DNA of 64,000 nucleotides from Alkalispirochaeta sp. (GCA_965601925.1 OZ271854.1:2720001-2784000); one strand, 5' to 3'. Positions 1 through 9,175 are shown, numbered from the stretch's first letter. Made by a program: numbers and translations. The notes: generated by a model from the sequence alone, not told the origin.

Positions 1-854
1 GAATCGAGGTGATCGGCGGATGGCACATCACCGACGAGAACGCCTCACAGGTCGTCGCGCAGATTAAGGACGCCGGATTCGAGTTGGCGTGCGTCATCCC
101 GGAGATTTGGGCCAATCCCAAGTGGGGCTGGGGATCGTTCGCCTCTACCGATCCCGGTATTCGTCGCGACGCGGTGGAACGGGTCAAGGCCGCCATGGAC
201 GCTGCAGCGGCGGCAGGCTGCTCGATGATCAGTCCGTGGTTCGGCCACGACGGGTGGGACTACATCTTTACCATGGATTACCTCAAGGCGTACGACTGGA
301 TCATAGAAGGGTTGTCGGAGTGCGCGGATCACAACCCCGCGGTCAACATCGCCGTCGAGTTCAAGCTCAAGGAGCCGAGGACACACATTCTCGTCAGCAA
401 CACCGCCAAGACGCTCATGATGGTCAACGAGGTCGACAAGCCGAACGTGGGGATCAATTTGGATACCGGTCACGCCCAGTACGGGTACGAGAACCTCGCC
501 GAGAGCGTCGCTCTCATGCGCCGGTTCGGCGACAAGCTCATGCACATCCACCTCAACGACAACTACCGCTATTGGGACGACGACATGATTCCCGGTTCGG
601 TACACACCTTGGAGTGGGTCGAGTTCTTCTACTGGCTGGACAAGGTGGGATACGGCGGATACCTGAGCCTGGACGTCTTCGCCTTTCACGAACGGGACAA
701 GGCGGCGGTGGCGCGAGAGTCCCTCAAATGGCTCGATCTCTTTCAGGAGGCCGCCTCACGTCTCGACCCCGAGGAGGTAGAGGGCGTACTCGAGTCGGGA
801 GACGCAATGGCCGCGCAAGCGATGGTCCGCAGCGCGCTTTGGCCCGGCAAGTAG
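1..854 (+). CDS. Xylose isomerase-like TIM-barrel sugar isomerase/epimerase, 5'-partial
   Basis: The frame is open from the window edge. Metal-binding motifs EFKLKEPR, NLDTGHA and HIHLNDN...DDD resemble the xylose/rhamnose isomerase-like family. Confidence 0.8.
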   Translation, partial: IEVIGGWHITDENASQVVAQIKDAGFELACVIPEIWANPKWGWGSFASTDPGIRRDAVERVKAAMDAAAAAGCSMISPWFGHDGWDYIFTMDYLKAYDWIIEGLSECADHNPAVNIAVEFKLKEPRTHILVSNTAKTLMMVNEVDKPNVGINLDTGHAQYGYENLAESVALMRRFGDKLMHIHLNDNYRYWDDDMIPGSVHTLEWVEFFYWLDKVGYGGYLSLDVFAFHERDKAAVARESLKWLDLFQEAASRLDPEEVEGVLESGDAMAAQAMVRSALWPGK

Positions 855-965
855 CGGAGCTGCGCGGAGATCGGTGAGCGCACCGGCGCTTCGGGGTGCG
901 CTCACCGTAGGGACGATGCGTCACCAACAGGCTCAGCGACGGTCGCGTGAGAGACTACCGCGCCG

Positions 966-3242
966 TTACTCCTTCGCCGTCGATGCGTCGGTCGGCTCGT
1001 CGAATACGATCGTCGCACCCGGAAGCTCGATCACGTCCCCAGCCTCCAAGGTACGTTTTGTGTAGCGCCGGTTGTTGACCGTTACCGGCTGGGCGCTTAC
1101 GACGGTGTAGGTGCCGCGCTTCTCGTCGTGGACGATCGTGGCGTGGCGCTCCAACATGTCGGGGGAGCCTGCAATCGTCACGTCCGCCTCGGCACTCGCG
1201 CCGATGACCGTCTGCGGTCCCGACAGATCGAGCACCTTGGTCGAACCTCCCTGCGCGCCTAAGATTTCGAGGTTTGCCGCACTCCGCCCGCGGCGCGCCC
1301 GCAGAAGCGTCAACAACCACGCCAGGAGCGGAGCGGCGAGGATCGGAACGAGATAGATGAAGCCGAAGTCGTCGCGCGGAAGGCCGAAGATAGTACCGGC
1401 AAAGTAGCGCCGTTCGGCATCGACCGTCCGACCCGGCACCGCGACTTCGATGCGCACGGTCCGGAAATCGGCCGGCGAGATACCGGCGCGGTACCGGATG
1501 CGGTATTCGGTGAGGATCCGCTCGCGAATCAGGGTGTATACCGACTGGAGTTCCGCCGCATCGGCGGCGTCGAAGACCAACCCTCCCGCCGAGGCGGCGA
1601 TCTCTCCCAATAGAGGTTCGCCGCCGCCGGCGAAGTCTATCGCAAACACGCTTATCCCGGCGCGCTCGACAGCGGCCAACGTCTCCTCAATCGAGACCGA
1701 CCGGTCGCCGAACTCCGGATGGGGGCGACCGCTGTTGGCTGCAAAGGGGAAGTTCTCGCCGTCGGAGAGAATGATGAGCGCGCGACGTCCTCCTGCGTCC
1801 TCCAGATCGGCGGCGGCGGTCATAACGGCGCGAAAGAGTTCGGTGTATGCCTCGTCCGGTTCGGGGCGTTCGATCTCCTCAAAGATGAGATCGATCGTCC
1901 GCGGCGATTCCGTCGGCCCCGTGAGGAGGCGATAGCGCGTGTTGAAGGTCGCCAAAGCAAAGCGGTCGTTCGGCGTATCGATCTGATTCAGGAATTGCCT
2001 CATCGCCGATCCGACGGCGGCCATGCGGGTCGCTCCGCGCTCCTCGGTCGGTCTCCCGCCTATGGTGTCGTACATGCTGCCGGAGTTGTCGACCAGAAAG
2101 AAGAAGGTCACGCCGTCCTCTTCGTTGGCGCGTTCGTCCACCGAAATGAGCTCAACGGCGCCGAGCTCACCGCCGTCGGGTGCCTCGTACACCCGCATGT
2201 CGTCGGCGGTCAGCCCCGGTACGGGCCGCCCCGCGGAATCGGTAATCGATGCGTATAGGTCGATCTGTTGGTGGGTGACCAGGCGATCGATGTCGATCTG
2301 AGCGGGGCGGACGCTCTGTGCCGACAGGACGTCGACGCCGACGCCGCCCACCAACAGCGCTGCGGCCAGTATGAGCGGACGGAAGAGCAGCTTGGCGGAC
2401 CCGATCTGAAGCACATCGCCGAACTTGAGAAATCCCGAACCGTCTTCCGGTATCGCCTCGTCGTTGCGCTTGATCTCGTTCCCGTCGGCGGAGGGATAGA
2501 TTGCCAGTTCGCCTCCCTGCTCGCGAATCTCCGCGTGGCGTTCGGCGACTCGGCGATATCCCGGGATGCATACGTCGCTTCCCGCCCACTCGCCGATAAG
2601 TACGCGACGCTGGTTCAGAACAAACTCGGACCCCTTGCGCGGACCGTTGAGGAGACGGAGCATTCCCGTGGTCTGTCGATCCTCCACGAGGCTGTACATC
2701 GCGCTGACCAGAAGGCCGTAGACGACGACACCGATGGGACGCGCGTACTCTCGGGCGATGATGCGCGGCGCGATCTCGATCGCGAAGCCGCCGGCAAGCC
2801 CGCCGAGGAGTCCGCCTGCCAGCCCCCCGAAGGTGCGGCGCACGGAGCGGCGCCGCACACCCTCCGATCCGCCGACCGCCATCCCGAGTATCGCCCAACC
2901 GGCCGCGCGCGAGGCGGCGACTCCGACGGCGCCGAGCTGTGCGAAAAACAGGAGTGCTACCTGCCCCAGGACGAAACCGGCGGCACCCCCGACGGCACCG
3001 GTTGCCGCGCCGATGAGCGCGCCGCCGGCTACTCTGCGACGCACCCCGGCGACCATTCCGTCGATCGCACCGAAAAACGCGCCGAAGATGAGACCGAATG
3101 TGGCGCCCGAGGCGAGGCTGAAGGCGAGATACGATGGGAATCGCGACTGGAGCACGAGCATCGTCTCGAGGACGGGCCACGCCGCCGCACCGCCCAAGAG
3201 ACCCATTGCAAGGTAGACGAGTCGTCGCATTGCGTGTGACAT
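966..3242 (-). CDS. Membrane protein: multi-TM N-terminus, FHA, TM, VWA, TM, FHA
   Basis: Gly/Ala-rich hydrophobic helices in residues ~1-185. FHA-like segments RVLIGE...AERHAEI...GDVLQIG and TVIGA...LERHATI...GDVIEL. VWA MIDAS motif VDNSGSM plus ILSDG. Confidence 0.85.
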   Translation of the reverse strand: MSHAMRRLVYLAMGLLGGAAAWPVLETMLVLQSRFPSYLAFSLASGATFGLIFGAFFGAIDGMVAGVRRRVAGGALIGAATGAVGGAAGFVLGQVALLFFAQLGAVGVAASRAAGWAILGMAVGGSEGVRRRSVRRTFGGLAGGLLGGLAGGFAIEIAPRIIAREYARPIGVVVYGLLVSAMYSLVEDRQTTGMLRLLNGPRKGSEFVLNQRRVLIGEWAGSDVCIPGYRRVAERHAEIREQGGELAIYPSADGNEIKRNDEAIPEDGSGFLKFGDVLQIGSAKLLFRPLILAAALLVGGVGVDVLSAQSVRPAQIDIDRLVTHQQIDLYASITDSAGRPVPGLTADDMRVYEAPDGGELGAVELISVDERANEEDGVTFFFLVDNSGSMYDTIGGRPTEERGATRMAAVGSAMRQFLNQIDTPNDRFALATFNTRYRLLTGPTESPRTIDLIFEEIERPEPDEAYTELFRAVMTAAADLEDAGGRRALIILSDGENFPFAANSGRPHPEFGDRSVSIEETLAAVERAGISVFAIDFAGGGEPLLGEIAASAGGLVFDAADAAELQSVYTLIRERILTEYRIRYRAGISPADFRTVRIEVAVPGRTVDAERRYFAGTIFGLPRDDFGFIYLVPILAAPLLAWLLTLLRARRGRSAANLEILGAQGGSTKVLDLSGPQTVIGASAEADVTIAGSPDMLERHATIVHDEKRGTYTVVSAQPVTVNNRRYTKRTLEAGDVIELPGATIVFDEPTDASTAKE

Positions 3243-3243
3243 G

Positions 3244-4869
3244 TTACTCCTCCTGTGGGTCGAGCCCGACCTCGATGACGAGGCGGCTTTCCTCGGCCTG
3301 TATCATAAGGCTGAATACTTGCGTGGCGTACCCTTCGTGGCTGAACCGGAAACGGTGCACTTCGCCGCTACGCAGTTGAAATGAAAGCGCCGGCGTGAAG
3401 GCGAGCCAGCGGTCGCCGATCAGTATCGAAACGCGCGTACCGTCACCGATAAGGCGTCCGGTTTCGCGATCGACAACGGTGAAATCGACCTCCAACGGCA
3501 ACCTCGGGCGCTCGACGAACTCTGCCGTGACGTGGTACGCATCCACTCGGCGACCGGGAATCACCAGGCGGGTCGCGCTTCGCTCCCTCAACGAAGGGAG
3601 TGCGAACGACTCCCACCATACGATACTCCCGTTGGAAACCTTTACGCGGTAGGCGCCGGGGGTAAACTGGGCTCGGCGAGCGCGAAACACGTAGAACCGT
3701 TCGGTCTCTTCCTCCGGCACGATACGAAACGTCAACTCGCCCCCCGGTGCCTCGGGAATCTCCTCACCGTCGTCGACGAATACGGCGCCGGTTAGACGGA
3801 TCGCATCACGGTCGCGATCGGCCTTGAGCACGCGTGCGGTTACCTCGAGCGCTCCGTAGCGCGCGGGCCGGAAGAGTTCGCGATGGTACCCTCGGACAAA
3901 GAGGAGCCCGACGCCCAACGATAGGAGGAGCGCGGCCGCAACGCCCGCCGCGACGGCGAGTCTCGATCGGCGTTGCGGGAGTGCCTCCGCCTGTTCCTCG
4001 GTAAGATAACGACGGATCGTCTCGTCGCTGCGCTCGTTGGCTCCGATACGGTAGCGCCGATTGATGCGTGACGCGACTCGTTCCAGATGGGAGAATCGTC
4101 TGTCCGGTCGCGCCTTGAGCATCCGCGCCACGAGGCGCGCGACAAACGGTGAGACTTTGGGGTTGATGCGCCGCGGCGGCGTGTAGCGACCGCGTTGGAT
4201 ACGCGCAATTACCTCGGGAGTGAATGAACCGGGGTAGGGGCGCTTGCCGGTAACCATCTCGTAGAGTACGACGCCCAACGAGTAGATATCGGCGCGCTTG
4301 TCCACCGAGCGCGTACTACGAAACTGCTCGGGTGCCATATAACTCGGAGTACCGAGGGTCATTCCGTCGCGCGTCAGATCGGATTGCTCCTCGCCGCCGT
4401 GAATCGTGGCGATGCCGAAGTCGACGAGTTTTACCTCTCCCTCGTTGGAGATCAGGATGTTGGCGGGCTTTATGTCGCGGTGGACGACACCTTTATCGTG
4501 GGCGTAGGCCAGGGCGCGACACACTTCGCGCAGGATAAGAAGCGCGATTCCGTTCGGAAGATAGCGGCGCTGCCGGATCAGTGCGTCTAAGGACATCCCG
4601 TCGACGTACTCGAGCACGATGTAGTACGAAGAACCCTCGCGAAAGTGGTCGTATACGTCGACGATCGCGTCGTTACGCAGGTCCATCATGATCTGCGCTT
4701 CGCGACGAAAGCGCTCGCGAATATCGGCGTTACCCCGTAAGGTGAGCTTTTTGATGATGACCGTGCGTTCCAAGGTGGGATGACGCGCCGTATACACCGC
4801 GCCCATGCCGCCCTGGGCCAGGCGCGAGAGCACCTTGTACTTTCCGATCGATTCAACCGTCTTTGCCAT
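3244..4869 (-). CDS. Hanks-type Ser/Thr protein kinase with TM helix and C-terminal extracytoplasmic domain
   Basis: Motifs QGGMGAVY, IIKKL, HRDIKPAN, DFG, GTPSYMAPE and DIYSLG. TM segment LAVAAGVAAALLLSLGVGLLFV. Start placed at ATG 4869 (MAKTVE). Confidence 0.95.
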   Translation of the reverse strand: MAKTVESIGKYKVLSRLAQGGMGAVYTARHPTLERTVIIKKLTLRGNADIRERFRREAQIMMDLRNDAIVDVYDHFREGSSYYIVLEYVDGMSLDALIRQRRYLPNGIALLILREVCRALAYAHDKGVVHRDIKPANILISNEGEVKLVDFGIATIHGGEEQSDLTRDGMTLGTPSYMAPEQFRSTRSVDKRADIYSLGVVLYEMVTGKRPYPGSFTPEVIARIQRGRYTPPRRINPKVSPFVARLVARMLKARPDRRFSHLERVASRINRRYRIGANERSDETIRRYLTEEQAEALPQRRSRLAVAAGVAAALLLSLGVGLLFVRGYHRELFRPARYGALEVTARVLKADRDRDAIRLTGAVFVDDGEEIPEAPGGELTFRIVPEEETERFYVFRARRAQFTPGAYRVKVSNGSIVWWESFALPSLRERSATRLVIPGRRVDAYHVTAEFVERPRLPLEVDFTVVDRETGRLIGDGTRVSILIGDRWLAFTPALSFQLRSGEVHRFRFSHEGYATQVFSLMIQAEESRLVIEVGLDPQEE

Positions 4870-5899
4870 CGAAGATTCCCTCGTCGTAAGCAAGCTCCAC
4901 TACGTCACGCTCCGGGTCAAATCGGCGATTCGCCGGCGGGAGCGCGACGATCAAGCGCGAAGGATTATGAAACTGCACGTACCGGCCGCCGGCCCGCAAC
5001 GCGTAGCGTCCCGTCACCGGCCGGTGCCCTCCCAGATGGATCGCCTCGCCGTCGGCGCAGTGGGGAAGGAAATGGGCGAGCGTCGCCGCCACGCTCCCAT
5101 CCTCTGCGGCGTCGTTGTCCGTCCAGGTGAGTCCCTCGACGACCTCCGGCCGATCGCGATACTCGACGATCTCCTCGCTCAAAAAGGGGCGCATCGGTTC
5201 GGCGTGCGTCACCACGTAGCGCGTACCGACGGCCATGAGCGGTAACGACTTCTCGAACCGGTACACCGCCTCGGTCGCCTCGCCGCGGTAAAACCGTTGC
5301 ATATACGCGGCAACCATCGCACCCTCATACACAAACTTGCCGAAACGGTGGTTCCCGTCTCCCTCTTCGTTCGTAATATTCTCGTGATTTCCTTTGAGAC
5401 CGTGGACGCGGTCGGGATATGCCCTCTTGAGGAGCGCCACGGTCCTGAGGACCGCGAGACTCTCATACATCTCCTCATCCATCGCATCGTGAACGCGATA
5501 CCCATCGGTAAACTCCTCGAAGGCGCGTATCCATCGACGACGCGCACGCGCCTCACCGTGGACGTAATCGCCTACCATGACCAACTGTGCCCGGTCGGCG
5601 TCGATCGCGGACAGGAGCGGTGTGTCGATTCCGTGTTCGGGAAACGAGGTGGATAGCACCGTCGTGACGAGATCGATCCGCGCGTGGATATCGGGAAGAA
5701 CCACCGCCGGAAGCTCCGGCCGCAGGTGAACGAGTCCTCCGGGGCGGCCGTTCGTATCGCGGGGACGGAGCGAGGCGTCTTCCTCGGCAAGAGCAGTGCA
5801 CGCGCCTTCCATATCCGAGGTAAGTTCTTCGGCCGACGGAGGCGTCGTGTCGGCCGCGATGCGTTGTAACCGGTCGATGACGGCGTTCAGATCGCCCAT
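4853..5899 (-). CDS. Calcineurin-like metallophosphoesterase, putative protein phosphatase
   Basis: Ordered motifs DIH, GDYVHG, GNHE, THA and GH. Overlaps the kinase start by 17 nt. Confidence 0.85.
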   Translation of the reverse strand: MGDLNAVIDRLQRIAADTTPPSAEELTSDMEGACTALAEEDASLRPRDTNGRPGGLVHLRPELPAVVLPDIHARIDLVTTVLSTSFPEHGIDTPLLSAIDADRAQLVMVGDYVHGEARARRRWIRAFEEFTDGYRVHDAMDEEMYESLAVLRTVALLKRAYPDRVHGLKGNHENITNEEGDGNHRFGKFVYEGAMVAAYMQRFYRGEATEAVYRFEKSLPLMAVGTRYVVTHAEPMRPFLSEEIVEYRDRPEVVEGLTWTDNDAAEDGSVAATLAHFLPHCADGEAIHLGGHRPVTGRYALRAGGRYVQFHNPSRLIVALPPANRRFDPERDVVELAYDEGIFDGKDG

Positions 5900-6430
5900 C
5901 TACGATTGTACGATCGTCTTGTTGACCTCGATGAAATCGTCGGCGAGCACCTTGGTGACGTCGGTCAACAGCTCTTCTTCTACCTCGGGTTCGAGCTCGT
6001 CGATCGTTACGGCGATCATGTACACCGCCGAGCTGGATTTGATCGGTCCGTTCGTGAACGTCGCGACGGAGTCCACTGCAACGTCCTCTTTTAAGGCCGT
6101 CGCATCGGCGCTCGAATGGTCGGGCACGTCCCGTCGAATCCCGATCGAGGTGTAGTCTACCGTCCTCTTGTCGTCGACCAGCGGTCCGACCGTCAATAGC
6201 GAGCCCGAGTAGGTCAGAAAGAGCGCTCCGCGCTCCTCCGTGGCGCCGAACTCCTCGATCTCCTCCATCCCCTTCTCCGCGACACGCTGCTCGAAGATCT
6301 CCTTCTTCTCGAGCCACGCCGAAGCGAGACGCTCCATCGACTCCTCATTTTCGGGGAGTCCCGATGTCTTTGTTATATTCCGAATGTGATCCCGTACGGC
6401 GTCGGGAACCTTGTCCATGTGTTCGCCCAT
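5900..6430 (-). CDS. Acidic hypothetical protein (176 aa), paralogue of the N-terminal domain of 6508..7398
   Basis: AGGAG SD before ATG 6430. Its stop codon directly abuts the phosphatase ATG. Shares WLEK, RGA..LTYSGSL..GP and R.DVP with the divergent gene. Confidence 0.85.
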   Translation of the reverse strand: MGEHMDKVPDAVRDHIRNITKTSGLPENEESMERLASAWLEKKEIFEQRVAEKGMEEIEEFGATEERGALFLTYSGSLLTVGPLVDDKRTVDYTSIGIRRDVPDHSSADATALKEDVAVDSVATFTNGPIKSSSAVYMIAVTIDELEPEVEEELLTDVTKVLADDFIEVNKTIVQS

Positions 6431-6507
6431 AGAAACTCCTTTCTTGTGTGATACATTTTTCAACATGGCGCAGAATAGTCCCGAATTCCACAATCGAGAG
6501 GACGAGT

Positions 6508-7398
6508 ATGGCGAAGTTTGACGAATTGCCCGAATCGATACGGAGACACCTCGTTTCCTTGGCCGAAGAGACCGATATCACGCCCGCCGAGACGGCGCTG
6601 GAGCGCGTAACCGACAACTGGCTCGAGAAGCGTCGCCTGTACACCGAGCAAACCGAAGCCTTGGCGATGGTCGCCCAGACGCGCTTTGCCGCCGACGACC
6701 GGCGCGGAGCGATGCTCCTCACATACTCGGGATCACTCATTTCGATCGGACCCGTCGGCGATTCGGGGCGGCGGCTGGAGTACGCGAGCATCAAGCTGCG
6801 CACCGACGTACCGGGCCTTCTCAAGGGCGACGATGTCGGGATCGCGCAGGAGATCGTCGTCGATCGCCCGGCCGTGTTCGAGAGTGCGCCTCTCGCACGC
6901 AGCTCCGAAGTATTGTCGATCGTGTCCTTCGGACCGAAGGTGTCGGCCGGCGAACAGTCCGAGCGGCTCCGGCAGGCGATGCTCTTTCTTACCAACGGGT
7001 TCGTTCAGGCGAACCAGACGCTCTCGGTCGCCGGCGGCGCGTATCCCGACCAGTTTACGATGCGGGCGATGATCAAGAGCGTCGCGGCGCATAACGATAC
7101 GACGCAGACGGCGGCCAAAGCGATCATAGACGACTTTTTGGGTACCGTAGAGGCGGGCGTGCTCCTCGGCAAGCGCGTATCGATCGGCGGCCTCGGCCGC
7201 GTGGAGCTATCCGTCAAACCGGCCCGCAAGGCGCGCATGGGGCGCAACCCCGCCACCGGTGAGGAGATTCTTATCTCCTCGAAACCCGCCGTCTCCGCGC
7301 CTAAGATGAGTTTCGGGAGTGCGTTCAAAGAGCGGTCGTCCCACGTGCCGCCGGGGCGTATACGACCCGATCTCGCCGAGGATGAAAGCGGCTCGTAG
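6508..7398 (+). CDS. Unknown N-terminal domain fused to a C-terminal HU/IHF-family DNA-binding domain
   Basis: GAGGA SD before ATG 6508. The C-terminal ~95 aa contain VSIGGLG and ARKARMGRNPATGEEI, the HU arm signature. Confidence 0.85.
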   Translation: MAKFDELPESIRRHLVSLAEETDITPAETALERVTDNWLEKRRLYTEQTEALAMVAQTRFAADDRRGAMLLTYSGSLISIGPVGDSGRRLEYASIKLRTDVPGLLKGDDVGIAQEIVVDRPAVFESAPLARSSEVLSIVSFGPKVSAGEQSERLRQAMLFLTNGFVQANQTLSVAGGAYPDQFTMRAMIKSVAAHNDTTQTAAKAIIDDFLGTVEAGVLLGKRVSIGGLGRVELSVKPARKARMGRNPATGEEILISSKPAVSAPKMSFGSAFKERSSHVPPGRIRPDLAEDESGS

Positions 7399-7829
7399 GG
7401 GACGTGGCGGCGCCAGTGCACCCATAGTCCTATCGCACGAAAACGGAACATACGCCGTACGGGCGCCTTGTCACCATACATCCCTCGCCTGACCACACTG
7501 GTTACGGTTTGGCGCCCGTCGACGAGAAACACTTTACGAGCGACTCGCCGGCGTCGAGTACGATATCAATCACGTCGGTATCCACCATTGCCACGCCGTG
7601 CCTCGATCGAACGGCGGATAATACCGGCGTTCTTCGAGGTCGGGGAGCGGTGGGCCGAGCTCGCCCCGACGGTCGGCCTACCTCCTACACCGCACTATGC
7701 GTACCTCGCGCCCCATGTGCGTGCCAATAGCGTGCGCGAACCTTACCGCGCCGTCGATATGCGACATTGGAAAGACGCGTTTTCCCGGATCTCACATCCA
7801 TCGCGGCCCGTGGTATGGTACAGTGATAC

Positions 7830-9041
7830 ATGCAGGACCTTATGGGTAGTGAAGATCACGCCACCGTCTGTTACGGAACGTCTGCTCCCCACGCGTGGAA
7901 CGCGCACGTGGGATCCTATCGCGTCGAGCTCAATCACCATCCCGGCGACCCGCCGAATGTCCGTCGAATAACCGCGCGCTCGGGTGACGGCGGGTGTGTC
8001 GTCGAGATTGCGCCGTCGAAAGGGTTGTCGTTCCGTTCCGCGCGCTTCGGCGATCAGGAGCTGTTTTGGGAGCCTCCGCTTCCCAATTTGCCCGATCCCG
8101 AGGAGATCGATTTGGCCGGTACGGTCTGGATCGACGGCACGGAACACCGCGGCGCGGCGTGGGTGCGGTACTTCGCCGCCAGCGTCGAACTCTTGGGGCT
8201 GGACCATTGGGGTATGCACGACCGCCGCGGTGCGACGCTCCACGGCAACGCCTCGATGATTCCCGTTGAGCATGTGACATTTCGAGAGAGAGGCGACGAG
8301 ATTGAGATTTCGGGAGCGTTTCATATCGCCGACCCGGTGGATGTGCTCCCCGGACCGAATCGTCGACCGTACTACCGCGTCGCGCGGACGATACGTATCC
8401 ACGGGGCGAGGAGATCGCTGTATCAGCGCGACCGCATTACCAACCTCTCCGACGACCCCAAAACGCCCGATTGGGGGTATCACGTGCAACTTCGCCCCGA
8501 GCCGGGAAGTCGGTATCTGGTGCCGGCGCGCAGCACGCATCCGCGCCGCAGTCCCGGTGAGCCGCCGCCGGCGGACGCCGATACGTGGCGTCCCGTCGTC
8601 GATGCGACCACGCGCCGCGAACGCGGGTATGTACACCGCGATGTGTTGCGTGCGGCGGCGTTTCCCGACGGTTCGCCGGGGGTCGAGACGTTGCTCCTCC
8701 ACCCTCACGGCACCGGTGTGGCCTGTACTATCCCGCCGGCGTCCTACACGCTCTCGTGGTTTTCGTCGGGAGGTGCGAACGATCCGACCTTCTCGCTCCC
8801 GACGGGACCGAACGGAGAGCTTCTCCCCATCTTTGATCGTAACTGGGACGGAGTAGGACCCGAGATCGGTGCCAGCGCCCTCGACGGCGACGGCGATATC
8901 GACCCCTCCGTCGCACCGCACCGTCTGGAGCCCGGTGACTCCTTCGATCTGCAGCTTCTCCTGCGATTAGTCGATAAGGATGAAGCGGCGCGTATCGGCG
9001 ATCGGATTCTCCGTTATCGCGGGGGGACGACGGACCGATAG
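7830..9041 (+). CDS. DUF4432-like protein, aldose 1-epimerase superfamily
   Basis: Motifs LHGNAS, RDRITNL, YHVQL and GVGPE, in a sugar-metabolism context. Confidence 0.7.
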   Translation: MQDLMGSEDHATVCYGTSAPHAWNAHVGSYRVELNHHPGDPPNVRRITARSGDGGCVVEIAPSKGLSFRSARFGDQELFWEPPLPNLPDPEEIDLAGTVWIDGTEHRGAAWVRYFAASVELLGLDHWGMHDRRGATLHGNASMIPVEHVTFRERGDEIEISGAFHIADPVDVLPGPNRRPYYRVARTIRIHGARRSLYQRDRITNLSDDPKTPDWGYHVQLRPEPGSRYLVPARSTHPRRSPGEPPPADADTWRPVVDATTRRERGYVHRDVLRAAAFPDGSPGVETLLLHPHGTGVACTIPPASYTLSWFSSGGANDPTFSLPTGPNGELLPIFDRNWDGVGPEIGASALDGDGDIDPSVAPHRLEPGDSFDLQLLLRLVDKDEAARIGDRILRYRGGTTDR

Positions 9042-9111
9042 GGCGCCGTCGATACTCGATGTAACGGCATCCCACCCGCGGAGCAAGAGACTACGATTGT
9101 TCGCTTTGTGC

Positions 9112-9140
9112 TTGACCCGTGGAGTATTCCCCTGTACTGT
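9112..9140 (+). promoter_or_regulatory. Sigma70-type promoter of the ROK operon
   Basis: TTGACC (9112-9117), 17 bp, TACTGT (9135-9140). Confidence 0.6.
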
Positions 9141-9175
9141 TAGTTTATTCGTTGAATGAACTAACAGTACAGGGG
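9129..9175. promoter_or_regulatory. Palindromic ROK/XylR-type operator
   Basis: 22-bp inverted arms with one mismatch: CCCCTGTACTGTTAGTTTATTC-gtt-GAATGAACTAACAGTACAGGGG. The core resembles XylR operators and lies directly before a ROK gene. Confidence 0.75.

Noticed and set aside
966..5899. Kinase, phosphatase and FHA genes as part of a type VI or type VII secretion locus
   Set aside because: No tss, hcp, vgrG, FtsK/EssC or WXG100 genes in the window.
7399..7810. About 410-bp gap that might hold an ncRNA or small gene
   Set aside because: No convincing ORF with a translation signal, and no tRNA, tmRNA, SRP, RNase P or riboswitch pattern that I can recognise. An Rfam scan would settle it.
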